A DNA stretch of 64,000 bases from Myxococcota bacterium. Its GTDB lineage: Bacteria > Myxococcota_A > UBA796 > JAJRTE01 > JBJTQF01. The notes below the pieces were generated by a model. The model saw only the letters and a program-made list of their open reading frames with translations, was not told where the DNA came from and did no database searches. The translations under genes and the position numbers were made by a program. Shown piece by piece: positions 19,707 to 28,721 of this stretch. The stretch spans positions 1,824-65,823 of the forward strand of contig JBJTQF010000129.1 in assembly GCA_046075485.1 (NCBI GenBank), written 5' to 3'. Numbering within the stretch: position 1 is the stretch's first letter; every line of letters begins with the position of its first letter.

Positions 19707-20573
19707 ATGTCTATCCACCCTTCGGCGAGTGTTCTGGAAAAGGAGCGGCAAGCGGTTGTGTTGGGGGAGGCTGAGCGGCAAGCGGTTGTTTTGGGGGAGA
19801 CTGAGCAGCCAGCGGGACGGGGCCACTGGGATGCGCCCACGCCGACGAGACCCCATCGGGTGTATGCGGCGCTGACCAACCACTGTAACCGACGCTGTCC
19901 GTGGTGTAGTACCTGTTCATCACCGGAGGGCGAGACCTGGTTGGACCCGGAGAAGCTCTGGGCCAGCCTTCCGGCAGAGGGGCCGTATGAGCTCCAGCTT
20001 GAGGGGGGAGAGCCGACGTTACATCCGGCATTTTGGTCGCTGGTCGCGCGTGCGAGGCAAGACGAACGCTGTCGGCGGGTGGTGTTGTGTACCAATGGAG
20101 TGGTGCTCCCGCGCACACGAGGGCGGCTGGAGGCGTGGGTGGAGCGGCTGGGGGTGCCGGTGACGTTAAAGTTGTCGTGGAATCATCATGTGCTGGAGCG
20201 GGATCCGGGGTTGCCTGCGCTGGCACAGGCGCTGGTGGAGATCATGACGCGGCTGGGAGGAGAGCGACAGTTTGTGCTCAACGTGCGGCTGAGGCGAGGC
20301 GCGCATGAGGATGATGCGTGGGTGACGGCGCGGGCGGAAGCGGCGGGGATCTTGGGGTATGCGAACGTTTTTTATCTTCAGCGATATGGGTTTGCGTCGG
20401 AGGAGGAGGGGTGGGAGGTGCCGCACTTGGTGGGGTATGATTTTCGGTTGATCAACCCGGATGGGCGGGTTTTTGGGCCAGCGCTGGTGGAACGCTCGGA
20501 GGCGATGCGGCGGCTGATGGACAGCACCACACGAGACGCGCCCCCCCCAACAACAAATGGGGTGCAGGGGTGA
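19707..20573 (+). CDS. Radical SAM protein
   Basis: ATG 19707 with a GGAGG RBS directly after the PaaK-like stop. CX3CX2C cluster CNRRCPWC. Glycine-rich QLEGGEPTLHP. The N-terminal region contains a 2 x 30-bp coding tandem repeat (QAVVLGEAER/QAVVLGETEQ). Confidence 0.65.
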   Translation: MSIHPSASVLEKERQAVVLGEAERQAVVLGETEQPAGRGHWDAPTPTRPHRVYAALTNHCNRRCPWCSTCSSPEGETWLDPEKLWASLPAEGPYELQLEGGEPTLHPAFWSLVARARQDERCRRVVLCTNGVVLPRTRGRLEAWVERLGVPVTLKLSWNHHVLERDPGLPALAQALVEIMTRLGGERQFVLNVRLRRGAHEDDAWVTARAEAAGILGYANVFYLQRYGFASEEEGWEVPHLVGYDFRLINPDGRVFGPALVERSEAMRRLMDSTTRDAPPPTTNGVQG

Positions 20574-20580
20574 GACCCAC

Positions 20581-20718
20581 CCCTGCTGGGAAAGTTTGAA
20601 AGGGCAAAGCCCTTTCAATAAAAAAGAAAAGCCGCTTTCTAAGCGGCTTTTTAAGCTGAAAGGACGCTGTCCGTTCAGACTTTCCTGCAAGGGATTCCAT
20701 CCCTTGACCCGTGTTTTG
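20581..20718. repeat. About 140-bp multi-hairpin repeat element, copy B (direct orientation; contains terminator-like hairpins right after the radical SAM stop)
   Basis: Reverse complement is about 90% identical to 11718..11856. Hairpins gaaagggc-aaa-gccctttc and aaaagccgctttc-taa-gcggcttttt (with T-run), then aagggat-tcc-atccctt. Confidence 0.75.
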
Positions 20719-20780
20719 TTTTTTTGGTTTTTGCGCTGCTGTTTTGTGCACTGCTATTTTTGCACTGCTTTTTTTTACAA

Positions 20781-20841
20781 AGAGGGCGCTGCCCTCTCTG
20801 CACGCTCCCGCAAGGGATTCCATCCCCTGACCCGTGTTTTG
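20781..20841. repeat. Partial third copy (C) of the multi-hairpin repeat element
   Basis: agagggc-gct-gccctct hairpin followed by gcaagggattccatcccctgacccgtgttttg, which is near-identical to the end of copy B. The flanking T-rich gcactgctgttttgtg motif is also duplicated. Confidence 0.6.
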
Positions 20842-20872
20842 TTTTTTTGCACTGCTGTTTTGTGGTTGAACC

Positions 20873-21586
20873 TCATCGCCTCCCGCCCTCCATCCGACAT
20901 CTTCCCAGTCTGACAAGCATCCCCACCTGTGGCTCAAGCGCCTGAGCCAACCCCAAAACCTCCGCCGCCGTCACAACCTGAAGGGCATCCTTCAGCTCCA
21001 AAAACGCAGCCTTCAGCCGAGCCTCCGCCACCGTCTCCGCATGGAGATCCGCGATCACCAAAACGGGCAGGCTGCGCTGACGTTTCCACGCCTGCTGAAG
21101 CCGTGTCAGCGCGCTGTCCACACTGCCTGCCACCTGGACCTCAAACACATGGCTAAAGCGTTCACTCTCTGGGTGTTCTTTCCAAACCACATCATAATGT
21201 TCGACCTCGAGCATCGCTGCAAACCCCAGCCATTCCCCCACGCTCTGAATGGTTTCCTGGAGCCTTCGGTGGAGCGTTCCCTGCGCCGAGGGCTTTTCAG
21301 CTCTTGAGTCCTGGAGAAGCTGCGTTTGCGCCAGCCCTTCCATGTGTGCCACCTCCCGACCACGAGGCGTCAAACGCCAGCGAGCGCGTGCGCGTATGAG
21401 CAGGCCCTCGCGCTCGAGCTGAGCGGCGAGCTTTCGAGTCAAGCCCTCAATGGGAGCCTCATCCGGCTCGAGCAGCGGAAAATGTCGGGCGAGACGTTCC
21501 AGCACGAAGTGGGGTTGGTCCTCACCGCCGAGCGCCTCAAGCTCGCTCAGAAGAGGTATTCGGAGGAGCTCTGGGGTGAGCTTCAT
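20873..21586 (-). CDS. Hypothetical protein
   Basis: 237-aa ORF with reasonable codon usage, not antisense to another gene. No recognisable motif. Confidence 0.35.
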   Translation of the reverse strand: MKLTPELLRIPLLSELEALGGEDQPHFVLERLARHFPLLEPDEAPIEGLTRKLAAQLEREGLLIRARARWRLTPRGREVAHMEGLAQTQLLQDSRAEKPSAQGTLHRRLQETIQSVGEWLGFAAMLEVEHYDVVWKEHPESERFSHVFEVQVAGSVDSALTRLQQAWKRQRSLPVLVIADLHAETVAEARLKAAFLELKDALQVVTAAEVLGLAQALEPQVGMLVRLGRCRMEGGRR

Positions 21587-21766
21587 GTGATGTCTCCCAA
21601 ATGAGCCATTCGGTGCGGTTGATGTCCTGCTGAGAGAGGGCTTCCTGAAAGCGTTTTAGCCTCCCGGTGTGCATTTTGCAACACATTTGCACGATTGGAC
21701 AGGCCTTGCTTGACAGAAGTGCAGACCTGCTGCACCTTAACCCCGCCCCTTATTTGGAGGTCCACC

Positions 21767-24538
21767 ATGCAAAGTCATTTGCCTCGACAGAAGTACCTAA
21801 GTCTTGGATTTGGTGTTGGATTTGCGCTCGGCGCTGTCGCCTGTGGCAGTGCAACGGACGATGACAACAGCAGTCCATCCCCCAGTCCCGCTGAATTGAC
21901 ACCGACTCCTACTGCCACACCTGGCAGTGCAACCCCGACACCCGCGACAACCGACCCTGGAACCGCTGGGCCTTATGAACCCACCGCACAGTCTGTTGCC
22001 GCTCATCCCTTGCCCGCTTGGTATCGTGACGCTCGTTTTGGGCTCTTCATCCACTATGGGCCCTATTCCGTGCCAGCCTTCTCACCTCGCGGAGAGTATG
22101 CAGAGTGGTATTGGTCCCACATCTCCGAAACGCCCCTGGAAGAGGTGATCCTGCACCCCGATCCGATGCCGGAGATGATCCAGTATCACCAGGATACCTA
22201 TGGTGCGGGCTTTGAGTATGAAGACTTCTTCCCCATGCTCTCCACCCGAGATGCCGATCCCGAGGCGCTGATGGCGCTCGCCTACGACGCTGGGATGCGC
22301 TACGTCGTGCTGACCGCAAAACATCACGATGGGTTTGTGCTCTACGACTCCGAGCTCACCGAGCGGGACATGGTGGATGAAGGCTCCGGTGACGATGTGG
22401 TCGCCCCCCTCAAAGAAGCCGCCGAAAACGCAGGGCTGACCTTCGGTCTGTATTATTCGCTGCTCGACTGGGGGGAACCCAGCTATCCCGACCGCGAAGA
22501 CTATATTGATGCGTACCTGCTCCCGCAGCTTAAGGAGCTGATCACCCGCTATGAGCCCCAAGTCTTGTGGGCGGATGGGAACTGGGGTCACTCCAGTCAG
22601 TACTGGCGCAGCGCGGAGCTCATCGCCTGGTACTATAACTATATGCTCTCCAAAGAGAAGGACGTGGTGGTCAACGACCGTTTTGGCCTGCCCGGAGACT
22701 TCGCCACCGTGGAATACGCCACCCTCAGCGACGCCGCTTCCCGCATGACCGAAGTGACCCAGGGCATCGGGGAGTCCTTTGGTTACAACCAGAACGAGAA
22801 GCTGGAAGATCTCAGCAGCGTGGAGACCCTGATCCTGAACCTGATCGATGTGGTATGCCGAGGCGGAAATTACCTGCTCAACGTGGGACCAGATCAGCAC
22901 TTTGGCATCCCAGAAGCACAGTGGGAGATCCTCGAAGGGCTCGCCGCCTGGATGAAGGTCAACGGAGAAGGCATTCACGGCACCCGCGCGTGGGTGAACC
23001 CGACCGATGGCGCCGCACGCTTTACCCTCCGAGACGTGGACGACACCCACGCGATCTTGTACGCCTTTGTGCCCGCCGAGCAGGGAGATCTGCTCCTGCC
23101 CAGCCTGCGCACGGGCACCATCGACATCACCGGGGTGAAGGTCTTGGGCAGTACCAGCGCGGTGAGCTACAAACAGAGTGTCTCTGGGCTGTCCATTACC
23201 CGTCCGAGTGTGAGTGGCACAGCGGCCCTGGCCTATGCCATCAGCTTCAGCCGCTCGGCCCTCGAGTATGGACCGCTGACCGTCGCCGCCAGTGGGGTGA
23301 TGCGCAATACACCGGTGGGGGTGAACCTCACCGTCACCAATCGCTCCGCCACGACCGTGAACGAGACCCTGGAGCTGTACGCCAACGACAGCGTGGTATC
23401 TGTCGCAGACGTTCAAGTCGAAGCGGGTGCAACCTCCCGCGTCGGCTTCGAGTTTGTGGGGTATTCGGCAGGACACTTTGATCTCCGGGTGAAAAATCGG
23501 ACCACCGAGGTGCTGGTGGAGCCCATCTGGAACGACAAGAACAAAGACGGCCTGCGCGACGTGGGAGAGCCCACCTTTGCCAGCCTACGCGATGCGCTCG
23601 AGAGTGTGGAGCCCGGCGATGAGCTACGGCTCGACGCGGGCACTTACCGGAGTGACGTGAACCTCTGGCCGGTGAGCATCGAAGCGGCGGTGCGGGTGAT
23701 CGGGCAGGCAGGTGCCATTCTGGACGGTGGGGGAGCACCCAGCCTGATCAGCGTGGCCGCCAGTGGTGTCAGCGTGGAGTCTCTCCAGATGAAAGGGGTG
23801 GGTGCCGACAGCACGGGCTTGACGGTGGCGGTGAACGTCGAGGCGGTGAACGGCACCTCCCTGCTGAACAACCGGATTGTGGGGGGTGTGCGCTTTTCGG
23901 GAGGCCGAACGCACTTGGTGGAAGGCAACAGTCTCCAGGGAGGGGGCATCTCGGCGCAGAATACCTCGTTGCTGACCATTCGTTCCAACCTGGTGGTGGA
24001 TAACTTTTGGGGAACGGGGATCGACCTGCGGGCCAGCTCGGGCCCTCTCATCCAGGACAACCGCTTAAACGGGAACCTCACGGGCATCGTGATCAGCGAA
24101 GCCACCAATGCACAGGTGCTTGCCAACACCATCGACAGCCGCTGGTGGGGCATTCGTTTGCAGGAGGCGAGTGCCTGTACGGTCAACGACAATCAGGTCT
24201 CGGAGACGATGCGGGGCTTCGACTTGCTGGAGAGCAGTCAGAATACGCTGAACTTCAACCGGTGTACGGACTGCGACACGGGCATGCTCTTTCAGGAGAA
24301 GTCCAACAATAACACGTTAACGGGCAATACGCTGGAGCAAGGGCGGGTGGGGATCTTCCTATGGAACACGGGAACGCAGTTGATTCAGGGGAATAACATT
24401 CTCGACACCGAGAGTTATGTGCTCTTCAAGAACGACACGCCGGTGCAAGAAGCGGACGGCAACTACTGGGGCGGAGATCCCTCGGCACAGCTCGGCGGCG
24501 ACGTCTCGGTAGAGAGCTGGTCAAACGGGCCGTATTGA
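21767..24538 (+). CDS. Putative lipoprotein: GH29 alpha-L-fucosidase domain fused to a C-terminal right-handed parallel beta-helix region
   Basis: ATG 21767 with a GGAGG RBS. Signal and lipobox-like LGAVACGS. GH29 N-terminus (YRDARFGLFIHYGPYSVPAF, EWYW). C-terminal repeated N-x-I/V-x-G and NNRI/DNRL segments are typical of pectate-lyase/NosD-like beta-helices. Confidence 0.65.
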   Translation: MQSHLPRQKYLSLGFGVGFALGAVACGSATDDDNSSPSPSPAELTPTPTATPGSATPTPATTDPGTAGPYEPTAQSVAAHPLPAWYRDARFGLFIHYGPYSVPAFSPRGEYAEWYWSHISETPLEEVILHPDPMPEMIQYHQDTYGAGFEYEDFFPMLSTRDADPEALMALAYDAGMRYVVLTAKHHDGFVLYDSELTERDMVDEGSGDDVVAPLKEAAENAGLTFGLYYSLLDWGEPSYPDREDYIDAYLLPQLKELITRYEPQVLWADGNWGHSSQYWRSAELIAWYYNYMLSKEKDVVVNDRFGLPGDFATVEYATLSDAASRMTEVTQGIGESFGYNQNEKLEDLSSVETLILNLIDVVCRGGNYLLNVGPDQHFGIPEAQWEILEGLAAWMKVNGEGIHGTRAWVNPTDGAARFTLRDVDDTHAILYAFVPAEQGDLLLPSLRTGTIDITGVKVLGSTSAVSYKQSVSGLSITRPSVSGTAALAYAISFSRSALEYGPLTVAASGVMRNTPVGVNLTVTNRSATTVNETLELYANDSVVSVADVQVEAGATSRVGFEFVGYSAGHFDLRVKNRTTEVLVEPIWNDKNKDGLRDVGEPTFASLRDALESVEPGDELRLDAGTYRSDVNLWPVSIEAAVRVIGQAGAILDGGGAPSLISVAASGVSVESLQMKGVGADSTGLTVAVNVEAVNGTSLLNNRIVGGVRFSGGRTHLVEGNSLQGGGISAQNTSLLTIRSNLVVDNFWGTGIDLRASSGPLIQDNRLNGNLTGIVISEATNAQVLANTIDSRWWGIRLQEASACTVNDNQVSETMRGFDLLESSQNTLNFNRCTDCDTGMLFQEKSNNNTLTGNTLEQGRVGIFLWNTGTQLIQGNNILDTESYVLFKNDTPVQEADGNYWGGDPSAQLGGDVSVESWSNGPY

Positions 24539-24621
24539 GGGCGGAGACGCTCCCACCGGTGTGGGGGCGAGGTCACACCCCCCTTTTCCCGCTCCCGCAG
24601 CCCTTGCATATGCATTGATCC

Positions 24622-24650
24622 TTGCCGCATCCGCAGACCCTGCCTATACT
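24622..24650 (+). promoter_or_regulatory. Putative sigma-70-like promoter for the O-methyltransferase gene (-35 ttgccg, 17-nt spacer, -10 tatact), preceded by a perfect 10-bp palindrome tgcatatgca at 24606-24615
   Basis: Sequence inspection only. Position is appropriate, about 70 nt upstream of ATG 24718. Confidence 0.25.
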
Positions 24651-24717
24651 GAACCCTGCCTGTCGAGCCCGGTTGCCTCCCATCCGGGTCATTTTATTCC
24701 CTGTAGGAGAACCTCTC

Positions 24718-25881
24718 ATGAAGCTCAAGGTGGTGCCCACCAACGTCATCGAGCGTGTTCTGGCGCTTGGCAATCAGCTCCCCACCCCGATTGCGGAGAC
24801 CTTTGGCGCCATGATGTTGGCGCGTGCCATTGAAGGTGCCAACAACCTGGGCATCTTCAACTTCTTGGGACAGCGCGGATCTGCCACCTTAAACGAGCTG
24901 TGTACCGCCCTTCAGCTTAACGACGAAGTGGTGGGGGCCTTACTGCATGCCCTGGAAGGTGCGGGTTATATCCTCACCCGTCCGGATGCCTACGCGCGTG
25001 ATGCGCATGGGGAAGCCCTCTTGCGGTACAGCAACACCGCCATTTCCGAACGTTTTTTGGTCGAAGGTTCTCCGCAGTACGTGGGTAATTTTATCCGCTA
25101 CAACGAACAGCAGCTCATGATCTGGATGTCTCTGGAGCATATGGCGCGCATTCGAGGGCGGCGGGCAAGCATGTTTGAGCTGCTGGGCAAGATCATGGAG
25201 GAGCTCAAAGAGCAGATGCCGCAGCTCGAAGAGCATGTATATAACGTGCATCACGGGCTCAAGAGTGAGCGCATCTGGCGCAATTATATGCTGGGCCTGC
25301 GCGACATGGCCAATCTCTCGGTCCCCGAGCTTCAGCTTTACCTGCGTTTTCCGCGTGGTATGACCCGGCTCTTGGATTTGGGGGGAGGCCACGGTGCCTA
25401 CTCGATCTGGATGTGCAAGCGTTATCCGCAGCTTCGCGCCACCATCTTGGATCTCGAAGGAGCCGCTACGGTGGGCCGTGAGCTGGTGGCACGAGAAGGG
25501 CTCAGCGACCGCATCGAGTACGTGACGGGAGATCTGGTGCAGCGGGAGAGTTTTGGCGAAGCCGAGTATGACGTGGCCTTCAGCTTTAACCTCATCCACC
25601 ATCTGAAGAACGAAGAGAACGTGCTGATGTTGCGGAAGCTCTCGCGGGCCTTAAAGCCGGGGGGCTCCTTGGTCCTGTGGGATGAGTTTAAAGACAAGGC
25701 CCTCAAAGAAGACGATCTGGCGCGGTTTATTGGCGTGATGTTTCTGCTGGCCAGCGGGGGCGACAGTTATCCCTTTGAGACTGTGATCGGCTGGCTGGAG
25801 CAAGAAGGCTTCAAGCGCATCAAACGGTACACCATGAAGAGCGCCCCTGGAACGGGCCTGCTCTGGGCCAAGAAAGGATAA
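24718..25881 (+). CDS. Class I SAM-dependent O-methyltransferase (family 2-like, with N-terminal dimerisation/winged-helix region)
   Basis: ATG 24718 with an AGGAGA RBS. SAM-binding motif LLDLGGGHGAYS, acidic ILDLE and TGDL motifs. Confidence 0.6.
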   Translation: MKLKVVPTNVIERVLALGNQLPTPIAETFGAMMLARAIEGANNLGIFNFLGQRGSATLNELCTALQLNDEVVGALLHALEGAGYILTRPDAYARDAHGEALLRYSNTAISERFLVEGSPQYVGNFIRYNEQQLMIWMSLEHMARIRGRRASMFELLGKIMEELKEQMPQLEEHVYNVHHGLKSERIWRNYMLGLRDMANLSVPELQLYLRFPRGMTRLLDLGGGHGAYSIWMCKRYPQLRATILDLEGAATVGRELVAREGLSDRIEYVTGDLVQRESFGEAEYDVAFSFNLIHHLKNEENVLMLRKLSRALKPGGSLVLWDEFKDKALKEDDLARFIGVMFLLASGGDSYPFETVIGWLEQEGFKRIKRYTMKSAPGTGLLWAKKG

Positions 25882-25884
25882 GGA

Positions 25885-26862
25885 GTGCGGCTGCCCAATG
25901 GGGATCTGGAGTGGATGGTCGAAGAAGACACCGCACCGGTCAGGCTCGATCACTACATGCGGCGGCGCATGCCCCGTTTCAGTCGGACCACGATTCAAGC
26001 CTTCATCGACGACCAAACCGTGAGACGGCTGGAGCACACCGGTCAGCTCCTGGTGTTGAAGGCGTCCAGCCGAGTGCAGCCGGGTGACGTGCTGCATCTG
26101 CGGCGTCCGACCCCTCCGCCTCCCGATCCACGCTCCTTGCCCCGCCAAGCCTTGCGTGTGGTGTACGAAGACGAAGCCCTCCTGGTGGTGGACAAACCGG
26201 CGGGTATGTTGGTGCATCCGGCGGGCGTGCGCATCGACGATACCGTGATTGGCATTTTACGTGCTCAATTTCAAGAGATGTACGTCGATCTGGCCCATCG
26301 GCTGGACCGAGAGACCTCTGGCCTGCTGCTCTTGACCCGCTCTCCTGAAGCCAATCGGCTGATCAAAGAAGACTTCAAACATCGCCGGATTCATAAACGA
26401 TATCTGGCCGTAGTACGTGGCGTGCCGAGCTGGGAGCAGCACACCGTCGAGCTCCCGATGGGCAACGGCACCCTGGAGATCCGAGTACGCCAGGTGATCC
26501 GCGACGATGGGTATCCCGCCCGCACCACCTTTGTGCTCAAAGAGAGGCTGGGGAGCCGGGGCGCCCTGATCGAAGCACAGCCTCACACCGGACGGCTGCA
26601 TCAAATCCGTGTCCACCTCGAAGCCCTGGGACTGTCCCTGGTGGGTGATAAGATCTATGGCGGAGATGGCCAAGACTTCATCACCTTTCGCGAAACCGGC
26701 TTAACCGAAGAGCTGCTGACCCGCTTGGGCCACTGGCGACATGCACTTCATGCGTGTCAGCTTACAGTTCTTCATCCGATCCGTAAAAAGTGGATGCAGT
26801 TTCACACGCCACTTCCGGCAGATATGGTAGAATTGTGTGACAAAATGAAAGCGGAACCCTGA
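25885..26862 (+). CDS. RluA-family 23S rRNA/tRNA pseudouridine synthase (with S4-like N-terminus)
   Basis: Catalytic motif HRLDRETSGLLLLTR. Overall RluD/RluC-like organisation. Confidence 0.75.
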   Translation: MRLPNGDLEWMVEEDTAPVRLDHYMRRRMPRFSRTTIQAFIDDQTVRRLEHTGQLLVLKASSRVQPGDVLHLRRPTPPPPDPRSLPRQALRVVYEDEALLVVDKPAGMLVHPAGVRIDDTVIGILRAQFQEMYVDLAHRLDRETSGLLLLTRSPEANRLIKEDFKHRRIHKRYLAVVRGVPSWEQHTVELPMGNGTLEIRVRQVIRDDGYPARTTFVLKERLGSRGALIEAQPHTGRLHQIRVHLEALGLSLVGDKIYGGDGQDFITFRETGLTEELLTRLGHWRHALHACQLTVLHPIRKKWMQFHTPLPADMVELCDKMKAEP

Positions 26863-27051
26863 CGCGGCATCCACTGGCGTTGGGGAGCGGAGAAAACTGC
26901 TGGTTTTCCTGTTTTGCAAGATGCAAACAGGGACACGAGCCGGACGCGGCAGCGGAAGCGGAGAAACGTGGTGCGGAACGCATTCAAAACGACTATTTTA
27001 TCAGATAACAGACACGCGGTTAAAATCAGCAAAATCGAAGCACACGCCACG

Positions 27052-28716
27052 ATGCTGCAACACCGTGGAACGTCTCGTGCTGGTGTGCTGACGGGCCTAC
27101 TCTGTGCCCTGCTGACGGTGGGCTGTGCCACCACGGGACTCCAGAAGGGTCAAACGCTGGTGGAGCGAGGACGCTACACCGAAGCCCTAGAAGTGTATCG
27201 GCAGGAGCTGGAGCGGCGTCCCAACAACCAAGAGCTCAAAGTGGCGCTCAACGCGGCCAAGAAGCTTGAAGCCGAGCGTCTGTGTGGGATGGCCGACGGG
27301 CGGCTGAAGGCCGACGATCCGCAGCGTGCGTTTGAGCTCTTTGCCGATGCCACTCGATACGATCCGAGCTCCGAGCGGGCGAAGGCAGGGCTTGAAGCCT
27401 CACGCGACCTCTGGATCAAACACGGTGAGCGCCAAGAGCAAGCAGGACGGCCCACCGAAGCACGGGCCATCTACGAGCGCATCCTACGTGAGTTCCGAGG
27501 ATATGCACCTTGTGAGGCGGCTCTCAAGCGCATCCAGCTTGCGGGGGCCACCAAACATCGAGCGGCGGCGACGGCCTATCTTCAGGCCAACCAGCCCGGC
27601 AATGCGGTGATTGAGCTGCTGAAAGCCCGCAGGCTCTACACCGACCAGCCGGATCTCGAAGGAGAGCTGCTCAAAGCCGTTCAGAAGCTCAAGGACAATG
27701 CCACCCTCGACGTGGCAGTCTTTGCGCGGCCAAAGTCGGTACTGACGGGGCCTCCGTGGGCGGTGGCTTTTAACGAACGTTTCCGGCAGAACGCCATTCC
27801 GATGCAGGTGATGGCAGGTCCGGTGGAGCGCAGCGTGCGGGTGGAGCTCTTTGGCACCTTCTCCAAACCCGTCAAACGCAGCGAGAAGTCCCAGGCCAGC
27901 ATGACCCTCCCGGCAGGGTTTAAGAGCCGCCCCAATCCCGAGTACGAGGCCCTCAAGCTCCAAGTGGATGCGGCACTCGCCCGGGTTAGGCAAGCAGAAC
28001 AGCCGGTGCGAGAAGCCCAACGCCTGCTCGACTCGATGGTCGAAGAGCGCAAACGCGCCGGAGGGGTGACCGCGCTGCCCGAAGAAGAAGTGCAGCGTAA
28101 GCGGGTCGCCGAGGTGAATAAGCCCTATAAAGCTGCACTCGACGAGTTTCAGCGTTTGAGTCAGCAGCTTGCGCCGATCAAACCGTCCTTTGAAGAGCCC
28201 TTGACCCGGACGGTGAGTTATCCGGTGATGATGAACTATCTGACCCTGGAGCTGACGGGGCAGGTGGTGATCACCGACGCCGCCGGGATGGTGCTGGAGA
28301 CGCTTCCCGTGCTCGAGCGCCTGACGGTGAAAGATCCGTCACATCCGCTGCTCAAAGCCACCCCTGACCGGCCCGAGCTGCCGGTGGATCCGGTCCAGCT
28401 CCCCTCCGAAGCAGAGCTGAAGCAGAAGCTGGAAGCAGGGTTGATGGACAAAGTGGGCGGACGGCTGGAGCATTTTTATCGCGAGCGGCTCTCCAAGCGC
28501 TGGAGTGAAGCCCGTCGGTTGGCCGTGGCAGGCAAGGTCGATGCCGCCGTTGAAATGTTCTTGTTGGCCTGGATTACAGAGCCCCGCCAGGCCCCCGATG
28601 AGGTGCTCCGCTATGTCGGAGAGACTCGCCAGACCCTGGGACTGCCGCTGCTGGAGACCTTACGCGCGCCACAGTCCACCTCCCAGGCGTCACTGCATGA
28701 GGGCTCCAATCTCTGA
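27052..28716 (+). CDS. TPR-like repeat lipoprotein, function unknown
   Basis: Trimmed to MLQHRGTSRAGVLTGLLCALLTVGCATTG (lipobox LTVGC). Helical repeat-rich sequence (TPR-like: YTEALEVYRQELERRPNNQELKVALN). Confidence 0.5.
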   Translation: MLQHRGTSRAGVLTGLLCALLTVGCATTGLQKGQTLVERGRYTEALEVYRQELERRPNNQELKVALNAAKKLEAERLCGMADGRLKADDPQRAFELFADATRYDPSSERAKAGLEASRDLWIKHGERQEQAGRPTEARAIYERILREFRGYAPCEAALKRIQLAGATKHRAAATAYLQANQPGNAVIELLKARRLYTDQPDLEGELLKAVQKLKDNATLDVAVFARPKSVLTGPPWAVAFNERFRQNAIPMQVMAGPVERSVRVELFGTFSKPVKRSEKSQASMTLPAGFKSRPNPEYEALKLQVDAALARVRQAEQPVREAQRLLDSMVEERKRAGGVTALPEEEVQRKRVAEVNKPYKAALDEFQRLSQQLAPIKPSFEEPLTRTVSYPVMMNYLTLELTGQVVITDAAGMVLETLPVLERLTVKDPSHPLLKATPDRPELPVDPVQLPSEAELKQKLEAGLMDKVGGRLEHFYRERLSKRWSEARRLAVAGKVDAAVEMFLLAWITEPRQAPDEVLRYVGETRQTLGLPLLETLRAPQSTSQASLHEGSNL

Positions 28717-28721
28717 GAGGG

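Noticed and set aside
11857-20580. Segment flanked by inverted repeats as a transposon or genomic island
   Set aside because: No transposase, integrase, or target-site duplication was recognised, and its GC is typical of the window. It is retained only as a repeat-flanked and possibly invertible block.
24540-24600. Terminator hairpin after the fucosidase gene (ggtgtggggg...cacacccccc)
   Set aside because: The two G/C runs are complementary but not reverse-complementary, so no stem can form.
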